Assembly (NCBI GenBank): GCA_951406725.2
Contig: OX597818.1
Location: forward strand, 91,822,001-91,886,000
DNA length: 64,000 nucleotides
Direction of reading: 5' to 3'
Source of the DNA: Octopus vulgaris
Lineage: Eukaryota
The notes under the pieces were generated by a model. The model was not told the origin of the DNA and ran no database searches. It saw only the letters and a program-made list of their open reading frames with translations. Positions 38,617 to 51,193 of this stretch are shown in pieces. Position numbers and translations under genes: made by a program. Position 1 is the first letter of the stretch, and each line of letters starts with the position of its first letter.

Positions 38617-38760
38617 TGATCATTATCGCCCAGAAATGGACAGAGAGGACGCTGTCCCTGAAAGGTCGGGAAATGGCGAATGCGTACATAGTTTCCGTCA
38701 TCTACTACCTCTTAGCCATCGTCCCTTGCCCTGCTTCTTGCCTGGAGCGCTTGTGGTGAA
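38617..38760 (+). mobile_element. Tx1/L1-type LINE ORF2 fragment
   Basis: QKWTERTLSLKGREMANAYIVSVIYYLL matches the W..R.LSL.GR....N....S...Y motif found after the RT domain. Confidence 0.6.
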
Positions 38761-39324
38761 ACTGATTGCTTCCCTGTTACTATTTCACTAATATTTACTT
38801 ATCGACCCCTCAGCTTTGCTTAACACGGCCCTTAGTCTACAGTATAGCTGCAGTTATACGAGTCATGCAAAACTTTCCAATGACATCAACTGATCTGCAA
38901 AAACTGGCAACCAAATCTCTCTCCAAGTACACACTACTCTATTGAAATAAAGAGAGTCACGTTGGAGGATATAATCTCCAGATTATAGAAGAATTGGATT
39001 GTCATATTTGGAACATACTTTATCATATGAGTACTTGATCGTAACTCACCTTGGAATGAATGACAACTCTGGATATATTTCAGATCATAAAGCAAGACAA
39101 AAGATTAAAACACATATCACTTCCCTATCTGCTACGCTCATCATCAGGTTCACATACAAACCGAGTCCGAAACTTTCTGCAGCCCTTGAAACCCGCCAGA
39201 TCAAGTCTCTAGGAAGGATAATTCCATTACTTGCGAATAATACGCCCAAGAATTTGTTTTATCGTCTCTAAACTCTTAAAACTCACTCACTTACTCTCCT
39301 TTTCTCTATTTTCCTCTCTTGTTA

Positions 39325-39950
39325 AATATGCAAGTGTAAGAAAGTAATGATGTGGATGACTCAGGAACTGTCAACCAACGTGTGGCACAAAACTGGTTCA
39401 GAGATTTCTTCGAATGTGACACCACTCTCGAAGAGAAACAAACGGCAGGGAGACCTTCTGACGTAGATGTGACCATGCTAGAAATGGTTGAACAACAGCC
39501 AAGCACAAGCACACATTTATTGTAAGCAAACTTGTTCCTTCAAAAAATACCTTCAATCTACACCTCTATAAGTTTGGCCCAGAGTACAGATGCTGCCTAG
39601 AAGCTCCTTATGAACTGCCCGATATCGAAGCTCAACAACGTATGAACGTTTTGCAAACGATTACTAGCAAATCAATCGTTGAGATGCCCGATTTTGGAGT
39701 CGAATTGTAACTGAAGATGAACAATGGATCTGCTTTCGTAATCCTAATAAGAGAAATCAGTGGATTCGTTGTAGCCAGTCTTCAGAACATGCTGTCAAAG
39801 AAGGGTGGTTTTGATGGAATTCTGTAGGGGCGTTGCATTTTTTGCTTGACCAAAATTGTCATACTGTGGACGCTAAACTTTATGCTCAACAACTGCAGCG
39901 TGTGTATAATTCTTTGAAAGCCCGCAAGTCAGCATTAGTCAATAATGACA
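39325..39950 (+). mobile_element. Old degenerate mariner transposase remnant
   Basis: TVNQRVAQNWFRDF...LEEKQTAGRP, then PYEL and SRIVTEDEQWI; many stops and frameshifts. Confidence 0.7.
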
Positions 39951-40628
39951 GAAAGTGCTCAGAGCAATGCTAGACATGGCCATACCTGCCAGACTCACCA
40001 ATAGAACCGTCTTGGCTCAGTGGTTAGAGCGTTGTGTTAGTCTTATGTGCAAGTGAAATGTGGGCTACTGCGAAAAGTGAGGAAGATCAATTGGCTACAA
40101 TTTAAATGGCCAGAAAATGATCCATGCGAGGAATATCATTGCAAGAGCATATACAAAAATGAAATGATTCGAAAAAGGAGGTGAAAGAACGACATGATCG
40201 CAGAATACTGAAAGAACAAGTACCGTACGCCCAGATTTATTGTAAGATCCACAGAGTAATTATGGACTCGTGTAGTTGCCGAGTAATATCCAAGAGATCC
40301 GAAAAGGCAGCTCAGAAGACGATTTTGTTAACGATTTGAACAAAGCGTGAAAGAAATATCGCAATCAAGAAAGAATTGAAACTGCATTGTAACCAGCGAT
40401 TGTATTACATTTGATTGACTGGTCGATACAATGATACAGCGATATATCCATACATACATACATATACATATGATTGTATATATATATATATATATATATA
40501 CGTGTGTGTGTGTGCGCGCGTGCTTGTGTGTGTGCGCGCGTGCTTGTGTGTGTATCTGTATATATATTTATATGTATATGTATATATGAATATATATTTA
40601 TATAAGACTATATATATATATATGTAAC

Positions 40629-41295
<667 letters not shown>

Positions 41296-41402
41296 ATAAT
41301 AATAATAATAATAATAATATGACGACAAATGAATGAATGAGACCTCGATATTATGTAAAATAAAGGAATTTATCTATAAATATAATATGAGACACTTAGT
41401 TA

Positions 41403-41570
41403 GTTGTCATAATAAAAGTGAGAGTTTCGGATACTGGGCTGAAGTCTGCTCCGGCATCTCATCAGTTATTAAGACAAATGCGCATCTAAGGAGCTTTGTC
41501 TTAATATCTGGTGAGATGCCGGAGCAGATTTCAGCTCTGGTATCCGAAACACTGAGTTTTATTATGACAT
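41403..41570. ncRNA. Palindrome of two back-to-back type I hammerhead-like motifs
   Basis: Plus copy CTGGTGA (41508-14), 11-bp stem II, GAAAC (41546-50), GTT; minus copy CTGATGA (41465-59), GAAAC (41428-24); 11-nt stem I arms. Confidence 0.7.
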
Positions 41571-41579
41571 CCATCTAAT

Positions 41580-41815
41580 TGTCACGTCTTCATCATCATC
41601 CTAGTCAGATGTCGCACTATGCCATGCTGTGGTCATCACGATGTCTGGCCACCTTCTCCTGCCTTCTACCCGTGGACAGCTGAGAATAAAGACAATCCTG
41701 TGGGTGCGATGTCTTTCAGCCAAGAAGTGGGTGATCTGCCTCTTTTACGTCTGCTGTTCACCCTGCTAGTTATGATCGTTCGCTCAAGTCCATCCTGAAG
41801 TAGCCCTATCTTAAT
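41580..41815 (-). mobile_element. RTE-clade LINE 3' end
   Basis: DGLERTIITSRVNSRRKRGRSPTSWLKDI resembles the RTE C-terminal G.R.RGR....W.D.I motif; short (GAT)n tail. Confidence 0.65.
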
Positions 41816-41829
41816 ATTGTCACATATTA

Positions 41830-41907
<78 letters not shown>

Positions 41908-42597
41908 AAAATATATAAACACAAGTATACATGCATACACACACAGACATACACATAGAGATACTTATGTAGTGACTTTTTCATTAGTAATACTGCTTAT
42001 CTACTTATAAATATTACAACATAAGGACTAAGAAAACAAAGTAATACCTGTAATAAATTATGTTAAACGAAACTTAAAATGAATGGTTAAATGTAGACTC
42101 GGAAATTAGGAAAGGATTAATGAGAACGTGTGCGTGATATGAAATCAGAAGAATGAATGGGAATGTCTCTAATATCATTATTTGACGTCACAATAAACAC
42201 TATTCTTTGAATGACATGAACCACATCAAATGCCAACTTATGTAAGAAAAGTCATGTGAATTGTATATTTTTCTTTCTTTCTCTGGTAGTACACTAACCG
42301 TCGAAGATACGTATAACCTCGTTCTTAAAAAGAAAAAAAGAAATGTAATGAAAATACTATTAAACAAATAAAATATACGTAATGAAAAATTCAAAGAACA
42401 AAATAATCCAATTGAATGATTATGTCACCAAGTGTAGTTGCGTTAATTATACCAAATGTCCTGCTAATTCTCTCTTGTTGATCTACCAATTCCAAATTTT
42501 GGCTCGAAAACTATGTCTCATTAGCAATGACTAACACCCATAGGTAAGTCTGCCTTTATGTATACATTTATATATTTATATAGACCCACAAGCACAT

Positions 42598-42611
42598 GTA
42601 TATATATATAA
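42598..42611 (+). promoter_or_regulatory. Candidate TATA box of S-crystallin B
   Basis: GTATATATATATAA about 100 nt upstream of the ATG, a similar spacing to gene A; could also be just a short (TA)n. Confidence 0.45.
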
Positions 42612-42706
42612 CCTCCGTTCCAGGTTGTCTTCATAACACTGTTAAGTCAGAGCAGCATAAATAGTATTTCCAGACCGACGCCGTAAGAGCATCAAACAAT
42701 CTAACC

Positions 42707-42839
42707 ATGCCTAACTACACTCTCCACTACTTCAACCATCGTGGCCGTGCTGAGGTCTGCCGTATGCTGTTCGCAGCTGCCGGTGTCAAGTACAATGACC
42801 GCAGGATCGAATATTCAGAATGGAACAACATGAGAAGTA
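42707..42839 (+). CDS. S-crystallin B coding exon 1
   Basis: aaccATG CCT AAC TAC...AGA AGT A|gtaagt. Confidence 0.96.
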
Positions 42840-42967
42840 GTAAGTACCCTAATGTATATTAGACATACACATACATATATACATCCATCCATCCACACAT
42901 ACATACATATATATGAATGTATGTGCATATATACATGTGTATATAAAAGTATACATAAACACGTATG

Positions 42968-43008
<41 letters not shown>

Positions 43009-43090
43009 TTATATATGCACATACACAAGTATATATGTGTATGCATAAATATACTTTACCTACATACAATTATATCAATTTATATACATA

Positions 43091-43146
<56 letters not shown>

Positions 43147-43398
43147 AACACACACACACTCATATAAATATATATGTCGTATGTAAGTGACGTGGAGGGG
43201 AAGATACATCACTAAAACTCTTGCTAGCCCATTGCAGATTTTCCACTATCTCATTTTAAGCTGCTCATACGCGTTACTTGGGACAAGAATTGAACTCACA
43301 TCCTAAATATCAACAACCCATATCATAAGACCATACGCCTTCATTAGCATATATTTCTTTGTTTGCACACATGCAATCGTATACACGTATATAATATG

Positions 43399-43438
<40 letters not shown>

Positions 43439-46400
43439 TATATGTATATATATATACATACATACATACATACATACATACATACATACATACATACATA
43501 CATACATACATACATACATACATACATACATACATACATACATAGGAATACTGGTTGAATGGACCAGTAAAGACTGAATAAAATGTAAACACAACAGACC
43601 TGATATAATGATTTGAGATAGGAATGTTTAACTGGGCACATTTGTCGATATTAGCTGCCCAGCTGATGTTAACAGAACACCTTTGCTGAACTATTGAGAA
43701 ATCTGTAGTTATTCTATCCAGATTACAAGTTCAGGTTTATACCTGCAATTATTTGGGCCCTAGGATATATAGCACAGTGCTTCTCAAAACCATAAAGAAG
43801 AAAACTAATTCGAGGATTACAGATCCAGTCTATCACTGGACTTGTAAATACCTGTATCACTAGAGCTGTACATATCTGTACAACTTTCCAGAAGTTTATC
43901 ATTTAAATATATGTGAGCATGTCTCGATATACAACTATATGCATGAGAATACATACATACATACATACATACATACATACATACATACATACATACATAC
44001 ATACATACATCAACACATATATACAAACATAAATACTCTGTTGTTCATGTTGAAATTTCAATAAAGGAGCCTTAGATCTAGATTAGAAACCGGTTCTTAG
44101 TCTATTGGCAAGAAATCTTGAAATAAACTGAATAATGGCATACATACATATATACATACATACATACATAAATACATGCGCTTATGTACGAGGTCCAACG
44201 TTTTAAGTATTGTGGGATAGCTCGTCAGCCACTATCGTTTACAAGTCTGCTCTGATCAGGTGTTGTGGCACTTGGTAAGTTTCCTGCAAAGTACTGATTT
44301 GCGCGTCACGAAAATGTTCCCGGGAGACGATTGCTAGGAGACACTCCAACGGACCTAGGACAGATGAAACTCCACCATCTCTGTAGCTGCTCATCGAATT
44401 TATAGTAATTCCATGTAAATTCTGTGTCCCGATAACTACTGTTCTTCTGGCGCTTGTACCAGAGCAATATAAGTTTGGAAGTTGAAAGTGTAGGACTGGT
44501 TCTCTACAGACCATCGCCACTATAATGATATTCCTCATGCAGGTTGTTCAGCAAATCAAGAACTCCCAACATTAGTACCATCACACTCGCTTGACCATTG
44601 AACTAACATCGCAGTACAGCAAGCTGCATCATGCAGAAGTGTTGATGAGGGAGTCCACCTTCCACATCATAAAATCCTTGCTTGTATTTTAATGGATTGT
44701 GATTAGCTTCTAGATTAAAACTACTAAACAATTTCTACTCTGGTGACTTGTATGGATGCGGTACTTTGCTATGCAAATGTAAAGTTATATTAAACGTTTT
44801 TGTAAGCTAATACCGAGCTTTACTGTGTTATCAGTGCTCATACATTAGTTGTTAACATTATTTCTACAGATTTTCTACAGAAATTATAGCCAACACTGAA
44901 ATGTCATAATAAAATCGGTGCTGTCTATAATTTCTACAATATATCTATAGAGATAACTTCAACAGATTTCCAATCTGAATATGTTCGTTACATTGTTGCT
45001 TGGGGAGAAATTTCAGAGAATAGATCAAATCTTTAAGATTATATTGAGTATCGTTATGGTTGCACATCCACATCATCTTAAATGGATATTATAAAATGTG
45101 TTGCATAAACATATCCAACCGTATACTAGTAGCAATTTTCCTGCAGTAAATAATGAGAATAAAATATATATCATCCCAAAGAATGCTAAACTTCTGTGTG
45201 TATGGTTCAACAGTCAGTATTCTTTCTATCTGGCTCTATATTTGTAGGGAGAACTCACGTAATTAAAGTATAAGATTTAAACACACTTATACGCCATTTT
45301 TTTTACTATAATTAGTCTTTCAGATAACGACTCTCCTTATCACCAATAGTGCAGTATTAATTCAAATACTTGGTTTACAAATATCCTACTAACCACTTTA
45401 ATTTTAAGTTTCCATGCAGCGGTCATCTATATCTAATTTCCCGTAATCATTTAACATATAAAACCATTCATTGTTCAGTGACATAACTCCTAACAGTTCT
45501 CAAATTATTAATGATTTTTATGTAACATTTCACAATAAATTAATTATAACGTAATTAATTTTAATTTCATCTAATATCGAATTTGTCGTCCCAACTATTG
45601 TTTACCTGAACTAGACGTTTAATTAATAATTTCTTATCCATGTCAGTAATTTTAATGAATTGAGTTTCTTAATGTACTAAACAATGTTCGTTAACACCTA
45701 CATCGCATACTCACTCTCTGCAACAGAAATTCTAACTTGTTATTTGCATAAAGGTGGGATGTTCACTACTCTATCGCTTTTGACCATAATTTTTTCTTAG
45801 AAATCACCCATATTTTCCCAATTGGACCTTTGAAATCGTTCTAACAGACAGCTTATCTAACGTCACTTAATGAGTGATACCATCGTATGTGTTCCCCTAG
45901 GTCACCAGTTGTTAGATAAACGGTGCTGTAATTATTACGTCATAAAGAATAGACGTCTTTTGTACATTCTCTAAATTGTCATTCAGCTCTTTTAGTGCTA
46001 TGTGTTGCAGAATTTCATTGCTAAATCGTTACAGAAGCATGTCCTGCAATAAAAATGTCGAAGATGGTGGAAGATTTATACGACTGGTTTAAGCGTTCGT
46101 TGATCTCAACCATCAAAGTCTGCATCTACCCAGCCAACGCTGAATAAAGTTAATCAATAATGGCAATAAAAACAGAAGGGTAGTGGAAGAAACAAACTCA
46201 CGGTTGTATGGATAATGTATCCATCGTGTCATTAGATCAACCACAAGTGAACTGGAATAAAGCATTTCGTTTTAGCACAATAATTGCCGGTGTTTCAGTG
46301 TTTAAAATGCTTTTTGTGTTAAAATGCCTTTTATAGTATGGTGCTTATTTTCATCTTGGGATAATGAAAATTTCACATGTAAATATCTTTATTCCTAAGC

Positions 46401-49386
46401 ACAGAGCAGTGTAAGTGATTGAGTATATCTCACAGGTTCCAAGATTTGGAAATCCGTTCTTATACTCACAGATGAGATAAGAAATATTTGTATAAATATT
46501 TCGGTAATCATACCTCGAAATGACACGATAAGTTAGGGTTACATTCTCATTAACTATCAAACTTTATATAAGCATTAAATAAAATTATACTTTACAATAT
46601 AGGCATCAATTTAAAACAGTGTTAGTATATCCTGTGTACATCTTTTGCTATCTAAGCACTCACAATATGACCATGCTTAGTTATAGAGGTTTAATAATAC
46701 TGCTCTTGTCCACAGTTATCACCATATTACCAAGGATGAAGCTTACTTCCTACTGCTTTCCATATTTAATAAATGATAACTAATTAAAATTTCGCTTTCA
46801 TCTCCCCTAACTTTTTTAATATTAAGTATTTAGAATTTTCAGTCCTCATTACTGACGGCACGATTTTAATTAAAACTTTTGGCCTAATTACGTCTTCTAT
46901 ACTAACACCCATTTTACGTATAATCATTCCAAGCTTGTTTATAAAAACTACCGTAGGAGAACATTTGTAACTATTTCATATATTCTGTTTCAATAAAATA
47001 TTCTGTTTCAATAAAAGGGGCGGTGACTGTCTAAGCACTTTGCTCCATATCTTCTCAACTCGTCTATCATTGAATGATCTCTTGAAGCTATTCTAGAAAT
47101 CATTCTGTTTATTTATATATATATATATATATATACAATTACTTTACTCCAATAATGTGGAAATCTACTGCTCTTACAATCATGATTAAAATAGTATTAT
47201 TATATGTATCTTGGCAACTATCCAACTAATTATCTTTGTGAAGGGTTTTTATCATTCGATGCTGAGGATTCAGTTGATTGACCATTCGAATTACCTGCAC
47301 CTAGATTAAGTTGTAAAAGGCTGAGAATTCTATAGACATGCATACCATTAACTTAATTTTCAAATTAACAACTAAAATTTTAATGTAAATGATATTTGAT
47401 ATAAGTACTATTTCCACACAGGAAAAGAACAATAATTTTATCAGTAGGTCTGTTGGTGATTTCTCTCTAAAATTAGTGCTGACACAATCTGATATTCTTT
47501 ATATTATATAACTGTTGACTTATGAACAGATTGTCAAAAAAGCTTCAGTGATTTTTATATTTCCATGTATAAACTTTGTTTCTGTTAACTTTAATTTCAG
47601 GAATGCCATGTTCTATGTTACCAGTCCTGGAGATTGATAACCGAACCCAGTTTCCTCAAAGTATGTCCATCGCTAGATACCTGGCCAGAGAATTTGGTAA
47701 GTCGAACCAGCGTTCCTTTAATAAGCGCTAAAATATTTCAATGAATTTAAAAGGAAAATGAAAATATACTACTTGGTCTCATATACTATAAAATGTAAAA
47801 TTATAGGCTATTCAGTTTGTATGCTCTCTGACAAGAACTTGTCACTAGTACTCTAAGTTCATTTCCGGAAGTTCATTGCGGAAGTTTTAACTGTGCTTCA
47901 CACGGTGGCAAAGCGATTCTCTTAACCATACAGCCATTCCTGCGACTACTTTGACGCGTCCAAAGTAGAAGAGTGCCGGACTAAATGCTCTAAAATATTT
48001 TGCTTCGTACCCTTTTATTTTAAATTCACACCCATCAATGTTAAGTTCGACTTAACAATTCTGAGATTTATAAAATAGGTACCAATATTATATATATACA
48101 CACACACCAATGATATATCAGTGAACAGCACGGCGAGCTGGCAGAATCGTTAGCACGCCGGGAAAAATGCTTAGCGACATTATTGGTTTCTGGATTCAAT
48201 TACCGCTGGGATCCTTGCGTTTCATTCTTCGGGTCGATAAGATAAGTACCATTAGGACACTAGGATCAATGTAATGGAGTCAGCGCCTTCCCCGAAATTT
48301 CTTGACTTGTGCCAAAATTTGAAACCAATATTGTAAATATACTGCGCAGGCGTGGCTGTGTGATAAGAAGCTTGCTTCCCAGACACATTGCTCCAAGTTC
48401 CGTTCCACTGTGTGGCACATTGGGCAATTTTCTTCTAAAATCACGAGTCGACCAAAGCTTTGTGAGTGGATATGATAGAGGGGGAAATGATAGAAGCCCG
48501 TTGTATGTGTGTGTGTGTTCTGTGTTTATCTCCCTACGATCACCGCTTGACAACTGGTTTGGTGATTTTACGTTCCTGTGACTTAGTGATTCAGCCTATA
48601 GATGGAACCAATAGAATAAATACCGGGCTTTAAAAATAAGTTGTGGGGTCGATGCCTGCGACGAAAAATTTAAAACAGTGCCCAAGCATGGCCGCAGTCA
48701 AATGACTAAAACAAAGTAAAAAATATAAAAGATACCAATAACATTAATGAACAAGGCAGGGAGATGGTAGAATAGTTAGTACGCTGAGCGAAATACCTAG
48801 CGTCATTTCGTCCGTCTTTACGCCCTGAGATTCAACAGTCACTGGGGTCGATTTGCCTTTCGGCTTTTGAGGTCGATAAAATAAGTACAATTTGAGCGCT
48901 GAGGTCGATGTAATCGATTTAGCAATTCCTTCAACATTGCTGGTCATGCGCCAAAATCTGAAACTAATATTATATAAAAAATACACTAGGATTAATATGG
49001 CCAAGCTAAAATTTCATGTTTATAATATTCAAATGCTTCATATTTTTAAAAGGTTTCCATGGAAAAAGCAGCATGGAGATGGCCAGAGTTGACTTCATCT
49101 CGCACTGTTTCTATGACATCATGGATGACTACATGAGGATGTACCAGGACAGAGAAGGAAGAATGAGGGTGAGGAATTTCAAACTTTTTAATGCCTAAAT
49201 TAAAAGCCGATGGTTGCAGTGGTTATCGATGTCATTTCTATGTATTGGTGATTTTAAGTCAACGTTGAGTAAAGGTAGAGTTTGCCTGTGCATGTGCTAG
49301 AGTTTACAATTAGTGGAAACATGGTGGATAATATCAAGTAAAAGAAAGGACAGCATTGCGTTTCGTCCTTCAGAAGGTATATAATC

Positions 49387-49447
<61 letters not shown>

Positions 49448-51100
49448 TACACACACATGTATATATGCACACACACACACACATACACGCACAGAAAGGG
49501 GGGGCGAAAGAGATGGAAAAAAGAGTATTACACATATAGATGTATATTGTACGTGTACATGTATGTGTGTCCGTGCGTATATATGTATTTATGTATGTAT
49601 ACTATGCAGACTTCGAATATATGCGTATGTAAGGAGAATAACAGCTTAGTGTGCGAAAAGCCCAAGTGGATAGACGATATACAAACAAACACACACACAC
49701 AAACGCCATTTTAAAATGAGACTGAAACTGCAAAATACAATAATACAACAAAGTATTCTGCAATTGTGAGCAAACCTTTATTTTAGGCCTAATACAGGAT
49801 AATCTTGTGTAGCTTTACAGGTGTATTTAATCAAGCCTGTACAAGATTACGCACTACTTGCTGATTATAAAACAAGTAGAGTTACCTGCAAATGCTGTTC
49901 GAGCTTTGTATACTTCAGCAGCCAGTAACATTCACAAGGATGCATTAAATTGTGGCTATAATAGGTATATACTGTCACCATGTCGTACAATGAGTTTCTA
50001 CTGAGACGTTATGATTGCTATATAGGGACACAGATCTTTGTATTTTCTCATTTATATACACTGTGTTATGCGCGTGATGATGTAATGTTTCCTTTCTCTT
50101 AACAAAACCAAACCATTAACTAGACCAATTGTGTTCTCATACGTATATTCGAAGCACATATTCATTAATGCGTGGATATATGCATGCGTGTGTTCATATA
50201 TCGATTTACTCCTCGCTTTAGGGAGGACAGCAATTTCGAAAATCATTGTTCAAGTTGAAATCGTTTAAAACTTGGGAGATATAGCATAGAAACTAAATAA
50301 GAAAATTATTTATTGAAATGCAGTGCACGTGTATTCAGATATACATAGGAGCACTCCATCGGTTGCGACGACGAGGGTCCCAGCTGATACGATCAACGGA
50401 ACAGCTTACTCGTGAAATAAACGTGCAAGTGGCTGAGCACTCCACAAACACGTGTACCCTTAACGTAGTTCTCGGGGAGATGCAGCGTGACATAGAGAGT
50501 GACAAGGCTGGGCCTTTGAAATACAGGTACTACTCATTTTTGCCAGCTGAGTAGACTGGAGCAACGTGAAATAAAGTGTCTTGCTCAAGGACACAACGCG
50601 CCGCCGGGAATTGAACTCACGACCTTACGATCATAAACCGAATGCCCCTAACCACTAAACAACGTGCCTTCACTCAGATATACATACACCCATGCATACT
50701 GATAAGTGGGTACTGCCATTATATTGGGTTTTATTGTTCTCTCCAAAATAGTAGAGCATTTTCTATTGTTTTCACAATGTTACTCCGTACATATGGTGTG
50801 TACGCAAAAATTATTCCAAATCCATCGATTATACAAGCTCTGATTCTCTCTTGTTGTTCTTCATATGTTCTAGTAGCGTCTTTGTTTATGTTAAACTAAT
50901 TTACAGTTTCTGTTGAAATTGATTTAATCGATTAATGGTAATTTTCAAAGAAATCAATTATTTTATATTTAAATACCTTCTTATAAAACATAAGAAGATG
51001 ATTCTAAAATTAGCCTGGTTAAGCCTGTTGCCTACACGGTAAAAGGAATACACTGAAGGACGAAAGTACTTGAAATGTGTGTGTGTATATGTATTTGTAT

Positions 51101-51135
<35 letters not shown>

Positions 51136-51157
51136 TGTGTGTGTGTTTGTGTGTATG

Positions 51158-51193
<36 letters not shown>

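Noticed and set aside
44230-44760. Possible LINE fragment in intron 1 of gene B
   Set aside because: Higher GC suggests a decayed element, but I could not read a diagnostic motif.
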